Assembly (NCBI GenBank): GCA_951406725.2
Contig: OX597831.1
Span: 80,724,001 to 80,788,000, forward strand
Length of the DNA: 64,000 nucleotides
Reading direction: 5' to 3'
DNA from: Octopus vulgaris
Taxonomy: Eukaryota
Positions 53,479-64,000 of this stretch are shown here, in pieces (the stretch's first letter is position 1; the number at the start of each line of letters is the position of its first letter). Position numbers and translations under genes: made by a program. The notes under the pieces were generated by a model that was not told the origin of the DNA, ran no database searches, and worked only from the letters and a program-made list of their open reading frames with translations.

Positions 53479-54284
53479 TCTCTTTATCTTTTTCTCTGGT
53501 TGCTGTAGTCTTTGCTTTTGGTGAAGAATTCCTGGTTGTAATAAAAGATTATCAAAGACGAAGAATTTTGGCTTTGATGTCTGTAGTTACGTTGCTGTTT
53601 ATGAACAGGATTGAGTATGTCAGGTGATTCTATAACAGATAAACAAAGATGCTAAGAGCAGGAATTTGGGATTTGGTGGCTGCAGTTGTGTGTGATTTAT
53701 GGTCAAGAATGAGAATGTTTGGTGCAAAAGGTCAACAGTAATCAACCCAAGATGAACAATCTTTTCGATTAAACCGAGGAATGTATTTCACTTTTTTTAA
53801 CTGAGCCATGGCAGCATGAAGGTAAATGTTAACCAATGATGATGATGATGATGTTCTTTTAGCTTTTGGAAGACGTAGAAGATGGGTAAGAAAATTTTCT
53901 CTGGAATTTTTCTCTTCCTTGTACCACCTTCTTCGCAGCAACAGACAGACAGAAAGTTTGTAAGAGGAATGTGAAGATGTTCTTTTGAACTTTGGCAGGC
54001 GCAGCCAGTCTGGGGAGATAGAAGTTGTTGATAATTAAGGGTGAAGAGTAAAATGTGGGTGGGAGGGAAAATTCTAGAAGAGTGCTGTTCTGCAAGGAAA
54101 TGAATGGTAAATATAATGAGATATGTTTCATATATAAATACATACATACGCGATGGTAAATTGTCGACAGTTTATATAATTTTAATTTCATGTATTTCCA
54201 TTGTTTGTTTTTTATTTTGTCAACTACACAGTATAGTAGGGTTAGTTGGACACTGTCTGTGAGAAAAGCAGCTCCATGACACAA

Positions 54285-55022
54285 TTCACTCTGCCAGAAA
54301 TTTGGAAACGACATGCTGTCCTGCTTGGCATTTGCGCCCGAAGCTCCAATGCAAACAGATGGTGAACACACAGAGCCACCATTGTCTCACCGTGTCCCCA
54401 AAACATGTACCGAGAGTGATAAAATCAAACACCCAGTCAACATCATGGTGTTTGGTGTGATCACTAGTGATAGCAACATTATGCCTCCATTCATCTTCCC
54501 ACATGGCCTCACACTCAAAATGGAAGCCTACATCAAGTGCCTGGAGGAGGTAGTGCTGTTCTGGGTCGAGTGGGTGGTTGCTGGAGGACCCTGTCTGGCA
54601 ACAGGACTCTGCACCATGTCACACAAGCAGGAGAACCCAGTCATGGCTGTCAGACAATTTCTGCCACCGTATCACCCCCAACATCTGGCCACCTAACTCC
54701 CCACACAGCAACCCCAAGATTATTATGTGTGGTGTGCAGTCGAACGAGAGACTAAGAAAACACCTTGTAACACCAAAGATGAACTGAAGGCAAGGATTAT
54801 GGCAGCATTCACCAATTTAAACTCTGCATCCAGAAGAGTTGCAGAAGATTTCAAAGTCGTCTGGAGGCCGTGGTTGAAGCCAATGGCAATTTTACTGAAT
54901 ATATTTACTCTTTAGTATTTCAAGATATTTTTATGAAATTTCGGTAAATATATCTGTTAGAATGAGATGTCAGTGTTATTTTAATTGTTGTGTAATTTAC
55001 ACGACAATATATTCACTGCACC
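54285..55022 (+). mobile_element. Decayed Tc1/mariner (maT/DD37D-like) transposase
   Basis: KHPVNIMVFGVITSD..MPPFIF, WQQDSAPCH and WPPNSP..NP motifs with frameshifts and deletions. Confidence 0.85.
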
Positions 55023-55033
55023 TTATCTATATG

Positions 55034-55066
<33 letters not shown>

Positions 55067-56280
55067 ATATATATATCATCATCATTGTCATTTAATATCC
55101 ACTTACCATGCTGGCATGGGTTGGACAGTTTGACTAGGGGTTGGCAAGCCAGAAGGTTGCACCAGGCCAACAGAATAAATACCAGGCTTTAAAAAATAAG
55201 CACTGGGGTCAATTCATTTGACTAAAATTCTTCAAGATGGTGCCCCAGCATGGCCGCAGTCTGGTGACCAAAACAAGTAAAAGATAAAAGATTATATCTA
55301 TAATATAAATTGGACATGGGCGATCGTTGCATTCTTTCTTGTCTTGAGGTTCTCAGCCAAACGGCTGAGTGGATTCGCGTGAAAAGTGGCAGACATGTGG
55401 AGACAGGTGCATAGAGTGGAATGCAGTTTGTATTTTTGTCCTAGCCCCCATACTCACCGTGAAAATCGATTAAAACTTTTTCTAATGGAATTCCCCTGTT
55501 TGTTCCACCATTAAAACAACCAGTTGCTCACACAGCCGGCCTATACCATTTCGCTGGCAACAAGGGGAGTACAGGATGTCAGTCAGCCAAAACTTGCGCT
55601 ATGCTGTCTCTCTTCTTTCACATCTTTGTGGGGTTAATAATCTTCATCTTTAGTTCTCTTCCTCACCCTCTTTCCCTCTCGCATACACACACACACACGC
55701 AAGCACACACGTCCATTTCATATATCTTCCTTCAATTTCTGCTTTCTACAAATAAAATTTTTACAGATACAACTGCTTACAAAAATAGGAATTAATGTAT
55801 AATTTCTTTCTATATTCATAATTAAATCAATGTTTAAATGATTAGACAGAGGTCCAATAGAATAGCTCTTAGAAACAGACTACATAAAAATTCGTTTTTC
55901 ACAACTTCTGAAGCTGTTTTCTGACAGGGGGTGGTGGAGTCAGGAAATTTTCATACAGCTGGACGCTCCAATCGAAACAAGGGACCCAAAATGATAAGGT
56001 TTAGAAACACCTAACCGAAAACGATCACAGTCTGTTTCTGAGAACTATTCTATTGGACCTCTGTCTAATCATTAAAACATCATGCAAACAGACCGGATGA
56101 AACCGGGCTTAGCTGCTAGTATATACATATATAGATATATATATATATTATGTTAAATTAGAGATAAAACCACTATTAGGCAAATCATACAATGAAAAAC
56201 TTAAGCCAATACATAAGATTAATTAATTTATATTATTTTAAATATATATCAAAATTATTAAAAAAAGATAATGAGTATAA

Positions 56281-56343
56281 CACTACGATCGTTTCATGGC
56301 TGTCCAATTCGTAAAAATTCGAGTTACAGTCAATCTTCAGGTG
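56281..56343 (-). ncRNA. Type-I hammerhead ribozyme motif
   Basis: Reverse complement CAC-CTGAAGA-ttgactgt...acagccat-GAAACGATCGTA-GTG, with palindromic stem III ACGATCGT. The element sits between two (TA)n tracts. Confidence 0.6.
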
Positions 56344-56725
56344 ATTGAAATATTTATCTAAGCGAGGTTTAACAATGAACTATATATATATATATATACA
56401 CACACACACAGACGTACACATACATTTATTTATTCAAATTGTTTGGAATTAATTCTGCATTATCTCATAGTCTTGAGATTTGGATGATGTGATTGTTTCT
56501 TTATAGGACAAGTGTGAGAGGCCAACTCTGACCAATTGGAATGAAAGACAGGTAAAATTTTGAGGCCAGGTAGATGCTAAATGGTTAAAACAGCCATTAT
56601 TGTTGCTTTGCTCCGTGTCCTGTGGTCTTGCTTTGTTTTCCAATTCTGTTTTCTCTTCATTTCGACAAGAATTTTTCTCACACCTTACCATCATTCTGTT
56701 ATATTTACCATTTTATATCCTTTAG

Positions 56726-56819
56726 GTTCTGGAACATTCTTTAAGATTACCGAACCAATTCACCGATACCATCACCTCGAGCAAGTCGATCAAGCCAGAC
56801 TGCACAATCTTCTCTTAAA
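56726..56819 (+). CDS. NAGS: NAGS coding exon 9 (AAK-NAT linker)
   Basis: ctttAG acceptor, AA|GTAAGT donor (phase 2). GSGTFFKITEPIHRYHHLEQVDQARLHNLLL (cf. GSGTLFKNAE...LDQGRLVDLV). Confidence 0.96.
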
Positions 56820-57372
56820 GTAAGTTTCTCCTCTGAAACGGTACTGGTTTCTTTCTTTGCTCATCGTTTAACTTGGCAGGTTCCTTTGTGATGTTAAAAA
56901 CACCGTGACTAATGAATTTATGACTAATGATTGAGCAAAATCACCAGAGCATCAATCCAGCTGATTAAACAGTCCCTTGCATTTCACAGATGTCAAGCAT
57001 AAGTCTTTATGTGGCTACGGAGCCTCCCTAGAAGTAGTAACCAAATCTAATTCTACATACTGGATAGTCATAGCTGGAAAGTCTTTCCTCATATGTCTTT
57101 TCATTTAGGGGCTGCTGATGTGGTGGACACCGGAGAGGGATTAAGCTAAGAACAACAGTGAATTTCCTCTGGTGTTTTGTTAGATTACAGTCTTAATTTC
57201 AAATCCTTCCATGGCCAAATATCTGACAGCTGAAAGGAGTAGTAGTGAGAGACCATTATTTTGATATCCTTTTCATTGCCTCAAGAATCACTCTGCTCAC
57301 AAAAAGGGTTTTCATTTTTTAAATAAAGGTTCTGTGTTTCCTATAGTAGAAAGGATTATTATCATTATTATT

Positions 57373-57790
57373 AAGGTGGCAAGCTGGCAGAAACGTTAGC
57401 ACACCGGCCGAAATGCTTTGCGGTATTTCGTCGGCCGCTACATTCTGAGTTCAAATTCCGCCGAGGTTGACTTTGCCTTTCATCCTTTCGGGGTCGATTA
57501 AATAAGTACCAGTTACGAACTGGAGTCGATGTAATCGACTTAATCCGTTTGTCTGTCCTTGTTTATCCCCTCTGTGTTTAGCCCCTTGTGGGTAGTAAAG
57601 AAATAGGTATTTCATCTGCCGCTACGTTCTGAGTTCAAATTCCGCCGAGGTCGACTTTGCCTTTCATCCTTTTGGGGTCAGATAAATAAGTACCAGTTAT
57701 GCACTGGGGTTGGTGTAATCGACTATCCCCTTCCCCCAAATTTCAGGCCTTGTGCCTACAGGACAAAGGATTATTATTATTATTATTATT
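57373..57790 (+). mobile_element. SINE family C with internal duplication and (ATT)n tail
   Basis: AAGGTGGCAAGCTGGCAGAAACGTTAGC...GAGTTCAAATTCC...GACTTTGCCTTTCATCCTTTCGGGGTCG...GCCTTGTGCC..AAAGG(ATT)n. Copies at 6205-6435 (-), 8012-8230 (+), 15030-15610 (-), 41330-41530 (+), 62810-62955 (-). Confidence 0.8.
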
Positions 57791-57791
57791 A

Positions 57792-58840
57792 TTACTTTAG
57801 CCTTAGCGAAGGCAGAAGTATTGTTTTCAGTTGTGTTTATTTGTTTGTTTGTCTGTGGACAAAATATCTCAAGAACTCCTGGATGGATTCAGATGAAACT
57901 TTCTGGGATGTTTGACCTTGTGACTGGCATGAATTGATTAGATTTTGGGATTGATCCGGTACCACACAAGGATTCTAGATTATTTGTTATATTTACTTTA
58001 CTTTACATGAAGTATTACAATCTTATGTTAACTTTCAAGTCTTTCCCTTATTATCTCCCTTGAAAGCACACTCATGTTTTCCACATAAGTTATGGTGGTG
58101 TTGCTCTTTCTAAAGTTTTATTTTCGTTTCTCTATTATTAATTTTACTCGTGTCTCTATCTTAGTAGAAACTGATGGACAAAGAAATCAAACTACATAAG
58201 CAAACGCCAGCAAAACCGTTCAGAAATTAAATAACCCTAACATATTCTGTAACAATAATAAATTTAATTTATCCTTGACAATTTTTAGTTTTACCAATTT
58301 TGAATATATTGCTCCTGTTTAAAACCTCTTACCAACTTGACATTTCCATTTCTAGCTCTGCTTTGAAAGAAGCTTTTCTTCTTGGACTCATGTTTTTGTG
58401 TGCAACGATGTTGTTAAACCTCTGTTAACAGCACCGTATGCAAGTCGTTTCCATTTTTGTTCACGCATGGATAAATTTTTCACTATAAACCTTAACGGTC
58501 GTAAAGACACTATATTAGTGGATAGATGAAAAAAGGCCTTCCTAGAGAAAATTCTCCCTGTTCCCACTGCAGACGACACACGGCATTACAAACACAGCCT
58601 GCACACACACCTTTACATTCCATGACTACCATTGGGATCAATCAGGTACCGAACAAGGTTTCTGGATTATTATTCCAGTTTTTGTACTTAATTTTTGGGA
58701 GCGGTCAGGTTCATTTTGAGTGTTCTCATTTGTGAGTGCCATTGAGTTTATTTCAAATATTCTCATTTTAAAAATCATCAGCTAATTGCTGAGAGGACGT
58801 TGGTTTTGCCTTAGCAGAGGTTTGCGCTCTCTGAGCACTC

Positions 58841-58842
<2 letters not shown>
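57792..58842 (+). mobile_element. HINE/DINE-1-like (Helentron-associated) element
   Basis: 5' TTACTTTAGCCTTAGCGAAGGC..GTATTGTTTTC followed by a GTTT/GTCT microsatellite. 3' GCCTTAGCAGAGG plus hairpin GCGCTCTCTGAGCAC. Inserted in (TTA)n. Confidence 0.6.
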
Positions 58843-58879
<37 letters not shown>

Positions 58880-59393
58880 TGACAAGCGGGCAGGAATGTT
58901 AGCATGCAGAACAAACTGCTCAGTGACATTTCATGAATCTTTACGTTCTGAGTTCAAATTCTGCTGAGTTCGACTTTACCGTTCATCCTTTCAAGATTGA
59001 TCAAATAAATACCTGTTTCTTTACTACCCACAAGGGGCTAAACACAGAGGGGACAAACAAAGACAGACAAATTGATTAAGTCTGATTTTATCGATCCCAG
59101 TGCATAACTAGTACTTATTTAATCGATCCTGAAAGGATGAAAGGCAAAGTTGACCTAGGTGGAATTTGAACTCAGGACGTAACAGCAGACAAAATACGGC
59201 TATGCATTTCGCCCGGCGTGCTGTTTCTGCCAGCTCGCCGCCTTAATTGATCAAATGAATACCAGTCAAGTACTGGGGTCAACGTAATCGACTATTCCCC
59301 CTCCCCCAACATTTCAGGCCTTGTGCCTATGGTAGAAAGCATTATCATTATTTTTATCCTTCTTATTGTTTATTTCTGTGTTTTTCGTTTCAG

Positions 59394-59471
59394 AGCTTTT
59401 GGTCGCAACTTGAAAGACGGTTATTTTGAAATGATTCAAAACCAACTTCACACTTTGTATTTGTCCGAAGA
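59394..59471 (+). CDS. NAGS: NAGS coding exon 10 (NAT domain)
   Basis: tttcAG acceptor, GA|GTAAAT donor (phase 2). (K)AFGRNLKDGYFEMIQNQLHTLYLSE (cf. SFGKKLRDDY...LHSIYVSE). Confidence 0.94.
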
Positions 59472-60023
59472 GTAAATATTCTAACCTTTTTTTCTTCTTC
59501 TTTTTTACTTTCTTTCTCTCTTTCTCTCTCTCATTCTTTATGTAGTTTTCTGAATGTGGCTGTGTGTGTATGCGTGTGTATGGAAATATGAATGTGTGTG
59601 TGTGTGGTAAGTAGCTTGCTTACCAACTACATGGTTCCGGGTTCAGTCCCACTGCGTGACACCTTGGGCAAGTGTCTTCTACTGTAACCTTGGGCCAACC
59701 AAAGCCTTTTGAGTGGATTTGGTAGACGGAAACTGAAAAAAGCTCATCATTGTGTGTAGTGTATGAAACATGGATATGTGTGAGTGTGTGGTAAGTAGCT
59801 TGCTTGCCAACTGTCGTATGTCCAAATCTGGCCAAATGCATTTTTTCTTTTTTTTTTGAAAAATTGTCAAACAATGGTACAACAGATTTTGCAACCATTC
59901 CATAGAGTGGTGAAACTATTTTTTGTTTTCTGGAAAAGCAACATTTTGGACTTACAACACTTTTGCATAATAGCAACGATACCTAGATACATACATACAT
60001 ACATATATACATAATAGCAACGA

Positions 60024-60070
<47 letters not shown>

Positions 60071-60075
<5 letters not shown>

Positions 60076-61545
60076 CAACGAATATAGTGAAGAATTCCGA
60101 GTAGAAGTAGGTGTGCACCAGGGCTCAGCCCTCAGTCCCCTTTTATTCATCATAGTCCTTCAGGCAATAACAGAGGAATTCAAAACGGGATGCCCCTGGG
60201 AGCTCCTCTATGCCGATGACCTAGCTCTCATAGCAGAATCACTACCGGAACTAGAAGAGAAATTTCGGGTGTGGAAGCAAGGGTTGGAATCAAAGGGCCT
60301 TAGAATAAATGTAGCAAAGACCAAAGTATTAGTAAGCAGCAAGAGGTACTCAACACACATCCCCTCGGGTAGGTGGCCCTGCTCAACCTGTAGGAAAGGT
60401 ACAGGTAGAAACTCCATAAGATGCACCCAATGTAAGTTATGGACACATAAGAGGTGCAGCAACATTAAAGGGAAATTAACAGATAAGATAGCTTTCATGT
60501 GCGGCAGATGCACAGGGACAATAGACACAACAGACACTCAGAAAACAGATTCCATCACACTCCAGGGAGAGAAACTAGAAGTAGTTGATAGTTTCCGCTA
60601 CCTGGGAGACCAAGTTAGTAGCGGAGGTGGATGCACAGAGAGTATCACCACTAGAATACGAATAGCCTGGGCAAAGTTCAGAAAGCTCCTACCACTACTG
60701 GCAACAAAAGGCCTCTCCCTCAGAGCAAAAGGTAGATTTTATGATGCATGTGTGCGAACTGCCATGCTTCACGGTAATGAAACATGGGCTGTGACTGCAG
60801 AAGACATGCGTAGACTTGAAAGAAATGAAGCTAGCATGATCCGCTGGATGTGTAGTGTCAGTGTGCACGCAAAACAGAGTGTAAGTATCCTGAGAGAAAT
60901 GCTGGATATAAGAAGCATCAGATGTGGTGTGCAAGAGCGACGCTTGCGATGGTATGGTCATGTGCTGCGGATGGATGAAGAGAGATGTGTGAAGAAGTGC
61001 CACTCCCAAACAGTTGAAGGTATCAGGGGGAGAGGTAGACCCAGGAAGACATGGGATGAGGTGGTCAAGCATGACCTCAGAGCATTGGGCCTCACTGAGG
61101 CAATGGCGAAGGACCGAGATCTCTGGAGATATGCTGTGACTACAAAGACCCGGGCTGCTTTCTGCAGCAATTCCACATACCCCCTACCCATTCTAAGTAC
61201 CCCGGATCCCCAAAGTACCCCGGATCCCCAAAGTACCCTGGATCCCCAAAGTACCCCGATCCCCAAAGTACCCCGGACCTCGTTGCCCCCGTGCCGCTGA
61301 CACGTTAAAATGCTCGAACCGATCGTGATGATGCCGGACCCTCCGGCCCCTGTGCAGGTGGCACGTAAAAGCACCCAATCCACTCACGGAGTGGTTGGCG
61401 TTAGGAAGGGCATCCAGCCGTAGAAACTCTGCCAGATTCAGACTGGAGCCTGGAGCGGCCCCTGGCTTCCCAGACCCGGTCAAACCGTCCAACCCGTGCT
61501 AGCGCGGAAAGCGGACGTTAAACGATGATGATGATGATGATGATG
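60071..61545 (+). mobile_element. 5'-truncated RTE-like non-LTR retrotransposon (RT C-terminal half, PHD-like finger, 3'UTR, (GAT)n tail)
   Basis: Frame is open from the (TA)n junction: GVHQGSALSPLLF, LLYADD, GLRINVAKTK, FRYLG, RRLRWYGHV, RGRGRPRKTW. Cys/His cluster CSTC..CTQC..H..C..CGRC. 3' end ...GGACGTTAAAC(GAT)n. Confidence 0.92.
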
Positions 61546-61695
61546 AATGACAAGTGTCATTAAATACGACAAGGTGTTATTTAATGGCATTTTAATGACG
61601 TCTGTTGTTCCTTTTTGATGTAACTCTGCTAATTAGCTGCCTCATTTAATTATTTAAACACACACACACGCATTATCTTTGTCTTCTCCTTTCAG

Positions 61696-61780
61696 TTACA
61701 GTGCCGCAGCCATCATCCTCCACGAAAATAGCACTGATGTCCCATATCTTGATAAATTCGCAGTATCACAGAAGGCACAG
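61696..61780 (+). CDS. NAGS: NAGS coding exon 11 (NAT domain; gene continues past the window)
   Basis: tttcAG acceptor, CAG|GTCTGT donor. (D)YSAAAIILHENSTDVPYLDKFAVSQKAQ contains the NAGS PYLDKF motif. The expected GxG...FWRSR...NPWYF exons are not seen before 64000. Confidence 0.95.
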
Positions 61781-62309
61781 GTCTGTTCTCTCTTTACCAT
61801 TTCCTTTTTCTTTGGCGTTTATTGTTTCGGTGTAAAGTTGTTGGTGTCTGGTAGAGGCGGAGTGGGGTTTGGGTCGATAGAACTGAGCCTGCGTAAATAA
61901 GCGATTGGACTTTGCTTCATGGGTATCGAAATGTTGACAGGGAAAAATCAACCTTGGCAGCAATAAAAACAACAACAAAACAAAAAGATGCAACACAGAA
62001 CAACAAGGCATTTGATCTGTTGTTGTTGTGCTTCTACATTTCCTAATGTAACACCATGATGATGATGATGATGATGATGGTAATAATATTACTAATAATA
62101 ATAATATAACTGGCCCCCACCTGCAAGGTCGCGTGCTGTTTATCTTGATATGAGATCACCATATCACACACATATGGTCGTGATGCATGTGCTTGGTGTA
62201 CCCTTATCAGACGGGTAGTCATGATGGGTATACTGGGCTTTGTATATTTTACCCCAGTGTCACTTTGATGGCATGCACTGCCCTTTCACTCAATAATGAT
62301 AATAATAAT

Positions 62310-62803
62310 ATCAAATCAAATTCGCAAATTCGATGACTGGCACCCATGCCAGTGGAGCGCTAAGAGCACCATCCAAGCGTGATCGCTGCCAGAGCGGCCG
62401 ACTGGCTTCTGTGCTGGTGGCACGTAAAAAGCACCATTCAAACATGATCGTTACCAGAGCCGCCTCACTAGCACTTGTGCCAGAGGCACGTGAAATGCAT
62501 TTGAGTGATGTCATTGCCAGTGCCGCTAGACTGGCTCCTGTGCAGGTGGCACATAAAAAACACCACATGAGCATGGCTGTTGCCAGTACCACCTGACTGG
62601 CCCTCGTGTCGGTGGAACGTAAAAAACACCCACTACACTCTCAGAGTGGTTGGCATTAGGATCGGCATCCAGCTGTAGAAACTGCCAGATCAGACTGGAG
62701 CCTGGTGCAACCATCTGGTTCACCAGCCCTCAGTCAAATCGTCCAACCCATGCTAGCATGGAAAGCGGACGTTAAACGATGATGATGATGATGATGATGA
62801 TGA
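62310..62803 (+). mobile_element. RTE-tail repeat (LINE 3' end or partner SINE) with ~60-bp subrepeats
   Basis: Shares its last ~210 bp with 61330-61545. Copies at 11162-11610, 26470-26914, 31000-31407, 41550-41940 (+) and 18333-18478, 20337-20625, 36550-36940, 39900-40280 (-). Confidence 0.85.
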
Positions 62804-63098
62804 ATAATCCTTTATGCTATAGGCACAAGGCCTGAAATTTTAGGGGACGGGAATAGTCGATTATATCGATCCCAGTGTTTCACTGGTACTTAATTTATTG
62901 ACCCCTGAAAGGATGAAAGACAGAGTTGACCTCGGTAGAACTTGAACTCAGAACATAAAACTCATGCTATAAACAGCTGGAACAAATACTGCAAAGCAAT
63001 TCTTCTGACTCTTGCCAGAAGTCGGCACTGAAAGATTGTGAATAAAAGAAAAGGTGACGAAAGTTGAAATTAAAATTTTAAGGAAAACTGGTTTACCG

Positions 63099-63300
63099 TT
63101 TAACCCTTTCGTTACCACATTTCTTTTGGGATGCTCTGTGTTTCTTTCAATTATTTTAAATGCAACAAAGAATTTAGTAAAATGACTTAGTTATCATTCA
63201 GCTAGTGTTAGGAACATAAATTGTAACTAAGGTTTAGTAGAAGATTTTAATTCAAAACTTTTGAAAACAAGACATTTGTACTACAGAGCCAGAGGTGGTC
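63099..63300 (-). mobile_element. piggyBac-like MITE (same family as 25692)
   Basis: TTAA-CCC terminus; body is the reverse complement of 25730-25905. Confidence 0.65.
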
Positions 63301-64000
63301 CTGAAGAGAAGATCAGTTTTAAGTTAGGAATGAAACCATAAATATAGGAAGAGGAATTAAATAATTTTATCGATGCATTTTGTCCTAGCACTCAAACTGC
63401 TCTTCAAAGCTTTTGTTACCATTCTTCTATTGAAATGTTCTGCTTTTGTTTCAATTAATGTTGATAGTTATGAAGATTTTAGTAAAATAACTTTGTGATT
63501 CCCTTTAAAACAGAAAGTTTGTGGGTTGACATTAAAATGCTTTACTCCAGGTTTTAGTCCCTGCAAAGAGAAAATTGTTTAACCTTCTTTTCACCATTCT
63601 GACATTCACAGCTTCTCTTTAATTTGATCTTGAAAATGCTGAGGAATTTAATACAATAATTTTGTCCTTATAAAGCTGGTATTTGAAACATCAATTAACA
63701 TAAAATGTTTGATAGATTTGTCCCTTTAAAACAGGGATTCTGAATCAAAGAACCAGTAGAATCAAGGGCAGTCTTAAGTGAGTTGTGGAAGGGCATGGCT
63801 TAGTGGTTAGAGTGTTAGGTTTGTGGTCGTAAGACTGTGATTTCGATACTGGATCTGACGATGTGTTGACCTCTTGGGCAAAAGTTGTCATTTCACGTTG
63901 TTCCAGTCCACTCAGCTGGCAAAAGTGAGCGACCCTGGACGGGACATAGGTCCATCCTGTCCACTGGCTGAGGGAATATATTCGCCAGAGAATCCGGGAG

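Noticed and set aside
60208-61492. Antisense ORFs over the LINE
   Set aside because: Shadow frames of the RT coding strand.
63010-63045. Possible next NAGS exon (…VGTERL*)
   Set aside because: Wrong phase after the AG, an immediate stop, and no FWRSR motif.

Overview
Eukaryotic, AT-rich DNA saturated with microsatellites and transposons. The repeat landscape (tRNA-derived SINEs, RTE LINE tails ending in (GAT)n, long (TA)n/(CA)n tracts) suggests a coleoid cephalopod, probably Octopus; this is inference. The only host gene I can reconstruct is a + strand, vertebrate-type N-acetylglutamate synthase (NAGS). It has 11 coding exons between 19734 and 61780 that splice in frame through GT-AG junctions into 477 codons, and the C-terminal part of the acetyltransferase domain lies beyond the window. 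Introns and upstream DNA hold SINEs, a 5'-truncated RTE-type LINE with a PHD-like finger, hAT, mariner, piggyBac-like and Tigger-like relics, Helitron/HINE-type elements and R4/Dong-like fragments. The least expected signal is a set of at least seven minimal type-I hammerhead-ribozyme motifs from several unrelated repeat families, mostly next to (TA)n tracts; one carries a U3-A8 compensatory core. Several (TA)n-anchored fold-back elements occur alongside them. Together they look like Penelope-like or retrozyme-type retroelement debris inside and upstream of NAGS. Almost all ORFs in the supplied track are microsatellite artefacts.
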